64,000 nt of DNA from NCBI GenBank assembly GCA_964035545.1, contig OZ037767.1, positions 26,738,628 to 26,802,627 on the forward strand. Reading direction: 5' to 3'. Below are positions 40,601 through 54,300 of this stretch, piece after piece. The notes beneath the pieces are model-generated. The model searched no databases. It was not told the origin of the DNA and saw only the letters and a program-made list of their open reading frames with translations. Positions within the stretch are counted from its first letter, which is position 1; the number at the start of each line of letters is the position of its first letter. Source of the DNA: Bugula neritina. Taxonomy: Eukaryota; Animalia; Bryozoa. The translations under genes were made by a program, and so were the position numbers.

Positions 40601-41484
40601 GAATGAAACTGATATTTTAAAATCTAAAGAAATGAAGAAATTTTGCTAAATAACATGTAATTCAGCAGATTGTTGTAGCCAGTTGTTATAGTGTGGGCTG
40701 TATTTACTATTTAGACCCATAGCTATATTGTAATTGTGAATATATTGTGGTAATAATGCTGTAGGAGTGGAGACATGCTCACGGAATGCGTTGTCTCGGT
40801 ATACCTAACACGGCTCACTTTGCTAACGTTACAAGCATTAAGGACGCACAAACCTGTATGTATCTGTGACATATCTAATGTTATGTCTGTTTCTGGGACA
40901 TCTAATTTATTAATAGTGACATTACGTGTCTTGCCAGTCAGTTCTGAGTTTTTATCAAAGTTGTTAGCAATGGTGCCATCTGGTATATAACAAGACAATG
41001 GTAAATATTGTTCTATATCTTTTGAGTTATATAAACCTTGCTTAATTTAAGAAAAAAAGCTATTTATAAAATATTAAATTGGTGACGCCACATAGAAATG
41101 ACAAAAATTCGAAAACTAAAATGATTTGTATTTGCATATGCAGTGTGGGAAAGAATTAAAGCTGGGAAGGACAGTGAGAGATGGAGACCAGATGCAGAGG
41201 TGAGTACCGTGTGTTTGTATCCATGAATATTCTGGCGCATCAAATACCTCAGGATATGTTGGCATCTAATGACTGCTGAAGCTTACAGCAGTTGTCAACT
41301 TCAAACTAGGGTTTTTATATCCTACCCTAGTCATTGCATGTACCTGAACTCAATTCTGTAAACAAATGAAATTATATAAATAGCTGTATTATGAATGTGT
41401 TTACAGGAGGAATATGAAGATTCAGCAGGCAATGTTATCAACAAGAAAGTCTATGAGGATCTGAAGCGTCAAGATTTGCTCTAG
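34618..41484 (+). CDS. SF3A3: Splicing factor 3A subunit 3 (SF3a60/Prp9), 501 aa
   Basis: Exons 34618-34713, 35958-36005, 36448-36606, 37134-37203, 37687-37861, 38088-38172, 38483-38673, 39016-39126, 39381-39502, 40112-40335, 40765-40855, 41144-41199, 41407-41484, total 1506 nt. Motifs: [61 protein letters not shown], zinc finger [26 protein letters not shown]. Confidence 0.98.
37530..37604. repeat. 13-bp tandem repeat, each unit carrying a D-box-like GTTATGTAA
   Basis: Exact GTTATGTAA at 37530, 37556, 37569, 37582 and 37595, with a variant at 37543. Confidence 0.85.
38288..38403. repeat. Low-complexity CTA/CTG triplet repeat in an SF3A3 intron
   Basis: ctactgcta units. Confidence 0.75.
39850..40107. 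repeat. 23-bp minisatellite ending at the SF3A3 exon 10 acceptor
   Basis: Unit tatacatactatactctctgtat. The acceptor AG is at 40110-40111. Confidence 0.92.
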
Positions 41485-42398
41485 GGCTATATGTTCACAC
41501 TTTGACATTTTAAACCTTTGTACATGTTGTATGTGTTCTACTGTAATAATCCTTTTAAGTAAATAAATGAATTAATGCTCTATATTACTTTATAATGTTC
41601 AAATAGGCAAATATGCTAAATAGTAATTAAAAGCTTTCATGACCATTTTCAACAAAAATAATTCATGCACCATTTATTCTAGAGTAATATAGCAATGAAG
41701 TTTTAGGTTTAGGCTGCTGGCTAACTCAGTAATAGCTGCAATGGGCACAAAAAGTGATTTTAGCGCTCACACTTCCAACACTAAGTGTTGATGCACTGAT
41801 TTGTGTAAATTATGTTCCTTATTGCAATATTTTGCTATGGCAGTAGCACATGCAACTAGTCTTATATCAAAGTTTATAATTGGCATAGCTGAATTGACTC
41901 TATAACTGGGTTTTTTAATTTCATGTTAAAAAAAATTAATATTTTCACCTAAAAATCTTAACATAACCATCAAGATCATTCAAATTTTTATCATTTATCA
42001 TATATTTTATGAAATTATGAAACTGAGAATATAAATTATGAAACTAAAGAAACCAATTTGAGAAATTACAAGACCTGTGACAATATAGGAACTACAATCA
42101 TGACATGACTATTGAATAATGCTAAGAAAATCTCTTTTTAAAGAGACACAATGTAAACCGAGAAAAAAAAACAGTGTAACAAATTACAGGGCATGATAGT
42201 AGCCACATAGCATAGCTTCTGTGATTTTGGTTATGGCATGATGACAGTACAACATAAATTAGTAGTAATACAAACATTGCACTTTGGCTCAGTAGCAGAT
42301 AATGAGGTAAGATAACTCCTGGTGTCCGAAAGCTTTGACGTACATTATCTGCTGACCTCTACAGACGCGTATGAAGTATAGTAACTCTGTATTTTCCA

Positions 42399-45300
42399 TC
42401 AGAGGTTTCCAAATGGATCCTGCGGTTGATTAGTGTTTGTAGTTTGAGGTTGCATTGTCATTGGCTGTTGTGTCATTGGCTGCTGTAATCTCATTGGTTG
42501 ATACATTGGCGGAGCCATGCCCATCATGGCTGGATTCTACATTTCAACAAATATACCAACTGATCCATTATTGTAACGTTGAAGTATCAATAATCATCAA
42601 TTCTTTACGATTATTTACCAAAATAAATCCTCTAAAAATTATATTGTGATATAAGTTGCAACTATATTGTAAATATACAATACTAAAATATTAGAAAACT
42701 TTTTTAATGTTTGTTTAATTCAAGAAAACTTCACACTTCACTTCTTGAATTAAAAAGCAGCTCATCAAAATTAAGATCATCTTGCAATAACTTTTTAAGC
42801 ACATTTTCAGCTTACCGTCAACTGAAGTTTAAGGTATTAATTATCACTTTCGATACAAACTCAAAACGAGTTAAATAAAGCATCAGCGATACAAGAAACA
42901 TTTCTAATTTGCGGATAGAAATACTTCTGTGGGTTGGGCTACACAGAGACCGATAGTTACACAGTCCAGTACATAGTTAAACTTCAATACGAGATAGAGT
43001 GACATGGGCAAGTCACAAGGCGCCACACTTACGTTGCTATACATGTTAAATTGTGGTTGGACTGCTGGCTGCTGGTACATACTGGTATTATAGGGCATCT
43101 GTGACGTTACGTTATAACCATAAGGTTGCTGGGGAACAAATTGCTGCTGAGGTGCGGATGTCTATAAATTATAATATTACTACACAAATACAGACACAAC
43201 ATATATAGAAATAAAGTTGAAACAAATAGCGATTGGGTGGAAAAGTGTACGGTGTCAATTGCTGAACGAAAAACATGAATATCTATGGTGAGAAGAAGCA
43301 GATGGCAGTTTGGGCGAAAGAAGAGGGTAGAATTCAAGTGGTAGAAGACAAGATGGCGAGACAAATATGAGTAGATCTGTAAGATTGTAACTAAACAGCT
43401 GATGGAGCGCTCTGAAGGATTGACAGACAGCATAAGGCTAAGTAATACAAAATATAAAGTGTACAACAATATATAATCTATAAATCACATCAAACAAAAT
43501 TACAACAATTAGCCGACTATTTAGCCCGTGTTCTCACCATGCCCATGGGCTGCTGCGGCTGGGTCCAAGTGCTGTTAGCTGGCCGAATTCCTGCGAAATT
43601 GTTACCTCCGGTTAATTTCTTTTCTGTTGGTGCGGTCCATTGCAGGTTGGCTCTACATGAAATATTGAAATTATAACCTAACTGTTGTTAAAACATAAAT
43701 CTAAGTGAATATAAGTAAATGTTCAATACTTCACAAAAGCTTCAGAATGGCAAGCATGTCTGACTGGGGGAGCACAACTCTAAATGTTATTGTGCAACAT
43801 GCTATAATACTCCCACCTTTATCATACATCCAACTGTGTAAACTCTACACTATATAGAACAATCAATAAGTACAAGCATGATCTTTACCAACACACTTCA
43901 CAGCTCCTTACAAAACGAGTGAATTTGATCCTTTCAGAAAAAGAACAATAATAAAATTTGAGGTATGAACTCACCTGTTGCCAGCTCCTGGATTGACAGA
44001 TAAGTTACCAGCCAAGGACGCCAGACTGGTATCTAAATCCTGGTTAAGTAGTTTGGCGTTGGCAGCACCTCCATGAGACATGTTTTGTGGCTGTAGCAGC
44101 TGCGCTTGCATTTCACCTATCAACAAATATCTTATATACACATTACAGCTCATATATACATTATATATAAAGTTTATATACACATTACAGCTCATATATA
44201 TCATCATATATAAAGTTTATATACATATTACAGCTCATATATACATCATATATAGTTTATATACACATTACAGCTCATATATACATCATATATAGTTTAT
44301 ATACACATTACAGCTCATATATACCTCATATAAAGCCCGTATACACATTACAGCTCATATATACATCATATATATAGTTTATATACACATTACAGCTCAT
44401 ATATAAAGTTTATATACACATTACAGCTCATATATACCTCATATAAAGCCCGTAAACACATTACAGCTAGTATAAAGTTTGTATACACATACATTCGGCA
44501 GAATATACTCAATACTCACATGTTTAAAAAAAAAATCTTTTGACAAAACACATCATTTAAGATATTCATTGTGGAGATAACTTGATTAATGTTAGAGAGA
44601 ACTCGTAAAATAGGACATAATGAGTCGTTTTATAGAAGCTGTTACTGTAGGTTACAGCCTTACTGTAAATGCATTTTGCTAATTACAATATGCATTGAAA
44701 TCATACTAAAATAAGTGTAATTATTTAAACAAATTATTCTAAGACTAGACTGTGACACAACGAAGAGTTGTGCGCCCAGTAACTAATAGCTATGAGAATA
44801 GAAAACTGAATTGAAAATAAATTCACAGAAAGTTGTTCAATAAAACTACTCTATTTTTAGTTCTTAACCTCAAACATTGCATAGTTTGAGAAAAATATTA
44901 AAAATTGGCTAAAATGAGCCAGATTTGAATGTCTGTTGTCAAATTGTGGAAGGTGAAGAACATAAGAAATAATATAACTAAACAGCAGAGCACAAAGAAG
45001 TGTCCAAAGAGAAACCAAACATTCAACTCTATAAACAATCAAGTTACTGCAGTGCTAGCAAGAATGAGCGTGCATGCTTGAAAAATGGCAGCTTTTTTTT
45101 ATTAATTTCGTATTTGATAACAAAACTCTCAATCATTCAATTGGCCAGAGTAATGGCAATGTATTTGCTAAAATTCCTTATACTGGGGACTGAAATATTT
45201 GCATCATTTAATATTTATTTTATTGTTTGATAAATCTTGTAATTATAGTATAACTTGTTTTAAAAAGACAACCGGAAAGTAGTTATAATGTAAATACACA

Positions 45301-48300
45301 GATATTGCAATTATGTGTTATCAGCTATTGATGAGCTTATATATCTAAAATATATTGTGATAGCAATGAACACACACAGAACTTCTCACTCATTCTTGCT
45401 GAGAATATAGAATGAAGAATATTAAACAGAATATGTGCTAACATAAACCAATCACAATAGAATATGCCAAGCCAATGTAATACAATGCTGTTACAATGTG
45501 CCTAAACAAACCTGACTCTGATCCCGTTTGACTTTCTCGACGTGCTACAATCGGTGAGGCAGCAGAACTGGCAGCGGGCAACTTAGTATTACACTCGGCT
45601 TGCATTTGGGCCAAAGACTTTTTAACTGCAACTTTTGGAGCTTCGGGGAAAAGTTGCTTAAACATGGCTGCATCCAGCGGATTACTCGGAGGTTGGGGAG
45701 GTTTGGTAACCTTAGCAGGAGATTTAGGAGATGGCTTCGGTATAGAAGGAGTATTTGCGGCATCGGCAGGAATGGCAGCAAGTAGTACAGGAGATGGCTC
45801 AATCTCTCTAGAATCCAAGTCTATCTCTTCATCTTTCAATTCTCCAGCAGACAACAAAGCTTCACTGAGCTGAGTTACTGCTTGAGAGAGTAGACACCAT
45901 ATGAGAAACCAAGATGTCAAAACGAGAACAGCAAAGATACGAGACAACAGGCTGGGAAAACCAAAATACAACACAGTTACAGAGGACAGGCAACAGACTG
46001 TGTGAATAACTACGATTCACCAGAAATAGAGTGAGAGAAGACAATTACCTGAGTCATTGGGGTTCAGAACGCTTGGAGAAGGAGTGATACTACGCTCTGT
46101 AACAGCCAATTTAACAGATTATTGCTTGACCTAATCTTATCAACTTTTAAATTGATCAAAAGTACAAACAGCAAAAGTCAACCAACCTGTAGTTGGAAGT
46201 AGCATAACACCAGGTTGTGGAGAACTACGCTCCAGAGCAACTACATCTGTAGCACAATAGGAAGGTAGAATGTAATACATATTTAACAGTGTAAAGCTTG
46301 TACACGGAATACATTTCATCACAACTGACATCTTCAAAGTCTTAGAAGTTATGACCTACTTACCAGCTGAACAGCGTATGACCTCATTTCCAGACGAGCA
46401 AATCAAGATTGTGCATTGCGACTATCATGAGATTAACAAAACACAGAAAGTGCAAGCTACAACAACGTGTACAACAGATATATGCAAGGCAAATAAATAT
46501 TGTTGATGATGGATGAAGTTTTTTATATGACGCGACACGGTTGCGTATCCAACGCAGTTGTACTGAGAATTTTGTTTAAAAATATGCAAAGACGATAAAC
46601 CAAAACCACGAATCAACGAGTCTCGAATCCACCATCATTAAGCAAATTAGCAAGCAAACAATTCTAAGAAACAAACTAGAAGAACAAATACAACACAAAA
46701 ACAAATAAAGAGTGAAATAAACTTCTAGAAGGCTCCGACACATGAAGCTACAACAGATTCACTGCACACTACTGTCAATTTACCGATACCACCAACAGAC
46801 GACGGCTCAGAAAGGGTAGAGGGGTGATCAGCAGGAGCAGCCAATGTGTCTACGCTGCCCTCCAGTCCACCGAGCAAATCCATGATGTCGGTGTTGGTTA
46901 CAGGAGCAGGAACCACAGAGCTGGTGGGAGCCACAGAGCTGTCGGGAGCCGAGAAGTCAGCGAGTAGATCTACTTCCGGCAGCACGACTTCAGCTATTTC
47001 CTGTTTATCACTAACTGCCTCGTCTAGATCACAGAGAGCGGACTCTCTACCCTCGCCAGCACTCTGTTCGCTGCCTTCAGGGCTACTTGATTGGGCAGAA
47101 GTAGTTGCAGCAGCAGCAGCAGTAGTTTTTATGGCCACTGATTGCCCACCAATAGTGACATGCAAGATGTTTGGCTGAGGAGCCAAGACATCCTCTGCTG
47201 CCTCATCAACCTTCACGTTATTGGCTGAAGTCTCAATGGCTGCCAGCTCTAGTTCTTCTCCTAATGCTGACTTTTCTGAATAAGAGAGGAGTCAGGATGA
47301 AATCAAGAGTGGAGCGGTGCGGGTGATTAACCATTAAAAAAATATGTGCGTTTCAGCTAAAAGGATGTAGGGGGAGCACCTGTAGGCTCGACGGAATTGA
47401 CTAACTCCGCCTCTTTAGCAGAATCCTTGCCAACAGGGTCCACAGGTGAGACCTCGCCTTCACTTCCCGCAATAACACCAATATCAAGATCTAGAAGGTC
47501 AGCTAAAATGCAACCTTATTCTTATTATTGTACGTAGTAGTGTTGTAGACAGCATTGAGTATACATTGGCTTGGCATATAAGAGAATGTAGCAGCTGTAC
47601 ACGTGAGGAAGAAATCACAGAGAATGAACTAGCGTTAAACAAAGCAACATCTCTTAGCTTAGCAGTGCAAAATTCAAATGCAAATCAAACATTGTGGAAG
47701 TTATTTCTATTTTAAAAAAATCAAACCTTTACTTTGCTGTTGAGTGACATTCATTGGTTGGAGAAGACCACCTTATAAACATTGTAGATGAATGAGTTAC
47801 TACACTGTATTAACGTTATAGTGTACAGTGTGCGAGTATGTACATCACATGCTACTTACAGACAACACAAATGCATTAAGCAGGACAAATGTTACCAAAC
47901 ACAACACAAGTAACTGAAAATACAACTCGTTCAAGCATAGCTAATACAACATTGTTAGAAGCTTTTAGTAAACCAATAAGCTACAATTAATGTACACATA
48001 GTCATAGTGTGTGAGTGGAGATTATACTGCAGATAGTGTGACACACTACAGATAGTGTGACATACTGCAGATGGTGACACATACTGCAGAAGGCGTGACA
48101 CACTGCAGATAGTGTGACATACTGCAGATGATGTGACATACTGCAGATGGTGTGACACACTGCAGATGGCGTGACACACTGCAGATAGTGTGACACATAC
48201 TGCAGATGGCGTGACACACTGCAGATAGTGTGACACATACTGCAGATGGCGTGACACATACTGCAGATGGTGTGACAAATCATTATATCCTATCACACAC

Positions 48301-51300
48301 ATACACACGACTGCCCCACTTACCTGTTGCAGAAGTCGGCTGATTTCCACCAAAGGCTGAGGCAAATCCAGTTTCTGAGATGAAACTTCCTGGAGGAGGC
48401 TGACTAACTGGTGCTGGTGATAGGGCTAAAGCAAGACAGGTCTGTTGTATATATGTCTGTTATATGTATGTCTATTATATATGCAGCATGTCTGTTATAT
48501 ATGTATGTCTATTATATATGTATGTTTACTGAATGTATGTCTATTGAATGTATGTCTATTACATATGTATGTCTATTAAATATGTATGTCTAGTGTCTAC
48601 TATATGTATGTCTATCATATATGTATGTCTATTATATATGTATACAAGCACGCACTCACAAAGTAGTTAATGGTATAATGTACAATGCAATGTAATATAA
48701 AATAATACAATGCAATGTACACTGTCAACAATAAGCAACTCACACATGGGGTCCAGTATGTTCTGATTGGACCAGAGCTGACTGTTGTTCTGCTGTGCTG
48801 CCGAGATAGACAGTACGTTGTCAGCCTTTGCTTGGAATGGATTAGCATCTAGAGCCAGGAGGTCGTCGCTGGCTGACGGCGCAGACTGAGGGGCCGGCTG
48901 AGGTGGTATCACCTCCGTAGTCTGCTGCGTCGGAATATTTGAAGCCGACTCCATGCTAGCTGCAGCCGCCTGAGCCTCTCTTTGGGCTTTTTCTTTCTTC
49001 TCCTAATTCAACACAAGCAACACTCAGCGACACGTACACAAGTCCTGTAGAAGTTATTCAACTGATAACTAGTATAAATGACAAATAAAAGTAAACAGTT
49101 GTATTGAACACGGAGAACTAAGATTACAAAGTAACAAGACCGGATAAGAATGAACTACAGAAATGTTACAGAGTGTAAGATGTCTGTAGTTGAAGAGATG
49201 AGATGAGTCATACATTACCCTTTTCTTCTTCTTAGCCTTTTTAGGCTGATCCCCTGAGCTCTAATACAGTCACATTATAATATAGTAGGCATTTATATAA
49301 TATAATATACATTAATATATTATACAATTATATAGCATTTCAATGCATGCATTTACACGTATATTGTAGGTATACACAAGAAACTATTGCAATGCAACAA
49401 CAACTACTGTTACATAATCTAGAGAGGAAGTACAGAATGGTAAGACAACTTCTGTACCTTCATCTTCTGCAGTTCTTTCTCCTCGTCTAGTAATATTTTC
49501 TTCTTCTCTTCATCGGTCAAGGTTGATGAGCCACCTTTTGCAGCTCCTTTCGATTGTCTGAAGAAATAAATAAACAGAAAATGTTTGACGTTCCACCCGA
49601 TGCACTCAGCGCCAAAAGTTGAAGTTAGTGTTACTTAAGCAACTGCTACAAAATAATTATATTGCAGGTAATCTGAAATTAATAGACAAGCTGCAATAGG
49701 CACAAGGTCAAATACTTTTGTATGATATGGCATTCATGCGACACCATTATTCACATTACTGATAATCTTTCATTATATAAGCACTTTTTGCTGAATATTA
49801 CTCAGATTTCCGTGACTAGTATCTGACATCTATGGAGAAATTGTTTAGACTAAATCAATGAAAATAAATAAATCTATAGAAAAAATACGCATTATTGGCA
49901 CTGGGAATTACTGAATTATTGATGTAATATAGTGTCTGTCAACTTACAGTTTGGATGTCTTTTTCCCTTCTAAGGTGGCCAGATGGGCTTCTAACGCCTC
50001 CAGAAGGCTGGCTGGAGCCTGTAAACAAGATGGAATGCTAGTACGTTGTATTGTTGGCTACACTCCTAACAGAGTATACGTCATTATAGCTGTAACCATG
50101 TTGCATACATGCCATAGCAATGCAATAGTTGAAACAAAACAGTCTCAATAGAATAAAAGTGGGCATGAGAGACAATAAGAAAACCAAACCAGTAGACACG
50201 AAACACAGCCAGGCAAGTTCATTGGTTAATGTGATTGTTGGTCACACACACAGCTGAATTAGTAATGTAAGATTGATGCTGGTTGGGTGAATCTGCAAAG
50301 CTGCTAAAGGCAGATATTATAGCTAGTAGATTACTGTTAGAACTCAATGAATGATACCAAATGTTAGAATCAACAGGTTAAGTAAGAACATGCATGACTG
50401 CAAAGTAAAAGCTTCATCACCTGTCAACCAACTAGCCATGTGTTGCAAACAAGAGCAGACAATCACCAACAGGTGAGAGTGAAAATAGCAGTCACTAGAA
50501 GAGCAGTGAGTATTTGCTAGTAGTCATGAGTAGCGCTAGTGAGAACAAAGTAGCTGATAGGAGTGAGAGTACAAGGTAGTAGTAAGAGTACTAAGTAGTA
50601 GTGAGTACTAAGTAGTAGTGAGAACAAAGTAGCTGATAGGAGTGAGTGTACTAGGTAGTAGTGAGAGTACTAGGTAGTAGTGAGAGTACCTGGCGATAGT
50701 GAAAGTACCAAGTATTAGTAGGAGTACTAGGTAGCAGTAAGAGTACTAGGTAGCAGTGAGAGTACTAAGTAGTAGTGAGAGTACTAGGTAGCAGTGAGAG
50801 TACTAGGTAGTAGTGAGAGTACTAGGTAGCAGTGAGAGTACTAGGTAGCAGTGACTATTAGATGATTAGCAAGAGTAATTGTAATCAACAGGCCGTTATA
50901 GCTGGTAGCCATGACCGTATACTGGGTTCTAGCAGTAAAGAGTGAAGTTGACAAGATGTACAGGTAAATGTGTTGGTAGAGTTGGTACTGTGAGCAGAAG
51001 TGAGGTGCTAGAAGACAAATTGAGTTACGGAAGGAGAAGGAATAAGCCAAGGCATAGACTCACACCAGTGGAGTTAACTTGTATCATCTACAGCAGATAA
51101 AGGAGAAAGCGACATATTAGGACAGCGTAGCAGATATTAGTATAGTTGGGCTAACAGAGTAGATCTCACATGTACATACAGAAGTACAACAGTACATACA
51201 ACACACATGATATATAGTTATATACTATATTTACCTTTGTCAGGTCTGGAATGTCACCTTTATCTATACCAACATTCTAAAAAGATATAAAAGAAGCTCA

Positions 51301-54300
51301 AGACATGCACTATAATATATGCAGACAAAGTAATAGAGACACGAGTGAAGTATCAACCCAACAGATGAACACAGTACGCAGTACGTGTAATATACAGAAA
51401 CTCACATTGTATATACATGACATGTGCAATGCGTATGTATATACAATGTAGAGGACACAAATATATAGCAGTGTAAATGTGCCAAACCTGTTTCTTAGAC
51501 CAGGGCTACAACGATATAAACATAACAGCAATTAATTTACACCAACATATTTCTATTTATTCTACCAGAAGTGAAAATATCATTCTAGCTTGCTAACTCC
51601 TGAGTAAGATAGACATTCTCATAATCTGTAACATAATGATGGTGGTTCAGCCATTTTGTATCGTATGTTTTTAAAAAATAAGAAACGAAAAAGCTTTGTA
51701 ATCTTTTCAGCAAAAACACTTCCGACAAGAGTCTAGTAGAAATAGAGAGTAAAACAGTCAACTGAGAAATGACCAGCGACTTGAGAGTGAGTAGTACTCA
51801 GAGTAGTACTAAGAGTGAGTAGTACTAAGAGTGAGTAGTACTGAGAGTAGTACTAAGAGTGAGTAGTACTAAGAGTGAGCAGTACTAAGAGGGAGCAGTA
51901 CTAGGAGTGAGTAGTACTCAGAGTGAGTAGTACTAAGAGTGAGTAGTACTAAGAGGGAGTAGTACTAAGAGTGAGTAGTACTCAGAGTAGTACTAAGAGT
52001 GAGTAGTACTAAGAGGGAGTAGTACTAAGAGTGAGTAGTACTAGGAGTGAGTAGTACTAGGAGTGAGTAGTACTAGGAGTGAGCAGTACTAGGAGTGAGC
52101 AGTACTAAGAGTGAGCAGTACTAAGAGTGAGTAGTACTAAGAGTGAGCAGTACTCAGAGTGAGCAGTACTAAGAGTGAGCAGTACTAAGAGGGAGCAGTA
52201 CTAGGAGTGAGTAGTACTCAGAGTGAGTAGTACTAAGAGTGAGCAGTACTAAGAGGGAGCAGTACTAGGAGTGAGCAGTACTAAGAGTTGAGTGAGTAGT
52301 ACTCAGAGTGAGCAGTACTAGAGGTATGAATAGTTCAGTGAGCGGTACTAGCACTGAGGCGAAAAACAAACCTCTGCTACTTTCAAGAACTCCGCAGTTA
52401 GATCCATTCTAACAAGAAACTTCTTATATATGTCAAGTGCTTCTTTACATTGCTTTCTGTTCATGTCAAAAAACTTTTCTACAATAAGTAGAAATTTAGT
52501 TGTAACCATAGCTGTCAATATTGCTGACTACAGAAAATTGTGCTCATAGTAACAATACTATGTAGCAACTGCTCTGTTTCCATCACCATCAGAAGATGAA
52601 CAATAATGGTAACTATTAGATATTTCAAGCAACATTATTAAATTACTGGAAAATGTTTCAACTCAAAATATCAACTGTGCTGAACTAACAAAACTTGACT
52701 TTGAGATGTTGTTTTGCTAGTGATTGTTGAGAGCATCACAACACCAAGTTTGTATCAGTCGACCAGATAGACTTATTGAACTCAATTTCTGGTTTAGTGA
52801 TTTTTGATCTTTACAAGTGAACTAGAAGACTGAACAAAAAATGAGCCTTACCTAATAGGTTTATAATTCCATCATTATAACAAGCAAACAATCTAATCAG
52901 GTCCTTGAATAGTAGAAGGAAAGCAGCATTGATAACTCCATTATTGAGTTCGTTGAGGGATGGCTAAAACACATAAGCATCGAATTACTATTTCGACATA
53001 CATATATACATAATAGAACTACATACATATATACATAACAGGACTACATACATGTATACATAATAGAACTACATACATATATACATAATAGAACTACATA
53101 CATATATACATAACATAATAAAACTAGAAGATTCCAACATTATGTTTGGTAAGTAAAACATTGAACATATTTCAAAAGTAAAATATTTATCTTTATTTAC
53201 CAAAGTTAAAAGTCAGTTTTACTCATTTGTTAGAATTTATCAGTCTAAATGTTAAACCAGCTTATAATTAATTTTGATATTAGAATGTATAAATAGTAGA
53301 ATAAAGGTTTACAAATAGTGATATGGGATATACTCACATCAAACTCCAATAGAGAGTCTATCTGTGCTTGTAAAACTGGCAAAGCCTTCAACAGCTGCAG
53401 GAAAAGAAAAAACATAAAATTATTACTGAGTACACTAGAATATTGCAGACACAACAACATTATTACAGTTTACTATATTGTATAGACAACTCCTATATGC
53501 AATAGATATAATTGTTATATGAACAATTGATGTTCCATTAGTAGTAAATACTTCATTCACATAAACAGCTACTGAATAAACATATCAATACATCACAATT
53601 ATAACAATATGATATAAACTGCTACCAGTATATCAATAATAGACTATGCAAACAAATTAGACACACAACTGACACAATTACATACCACTAAACAACCCTT
53701 ATCATTGGGTAGAAAGCACTCCAGTTATTAATAACATGCCTCGACAACTACAGTGCATTACATTTGTAGGAAACTTGTATACAGAACTGGCAGAAACCGC
53801 CACACAGAGACCACCACACAGAGACCGCCACACAGAGACCACCACACAGAGATCACCACACAGAGACCACCACACAGAGACCACCACACAGAGAAACACT
53901 ACGAGTAACCAACATTGTACAGAACTGATATTTTCCATACACATAACATGGTAACAAATGGACTACTTCGATCATCTACCTTTTCAGGAACCATTGTGCG
54001 GAGCAAACCATCGTCTTTGCCTCGTTTGACTTTGCAGAAATCAAAGGCCATAACTCGATATGCTACGGCCTTCTCATTGATGTACTTGGCATATTTTCTA
54101 ATGTATGTTGACATATCATACCCTAGAACAGTAGACATTCAAAAAGTAGTATATTCTCAACAGTTTGGCCTTACAAAACATATAGCAAATCAACTTCTAC
54201 ATGTGATATTAGAAAAACTCGCACCTTATATCATACTAATTCGAATAACCTAGTTAACTGTGTAGTTAGGAAAGTGACAAAGTCAATGCAGGCAATGAGA

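Noticed and set aside
47955-48365. Cys/His-rich ORFs resembling zinc-finger or multiheme CxxCH-like repeats
   Set aside because: Translations of a 19-21-bp intronic repeat with frame drift.
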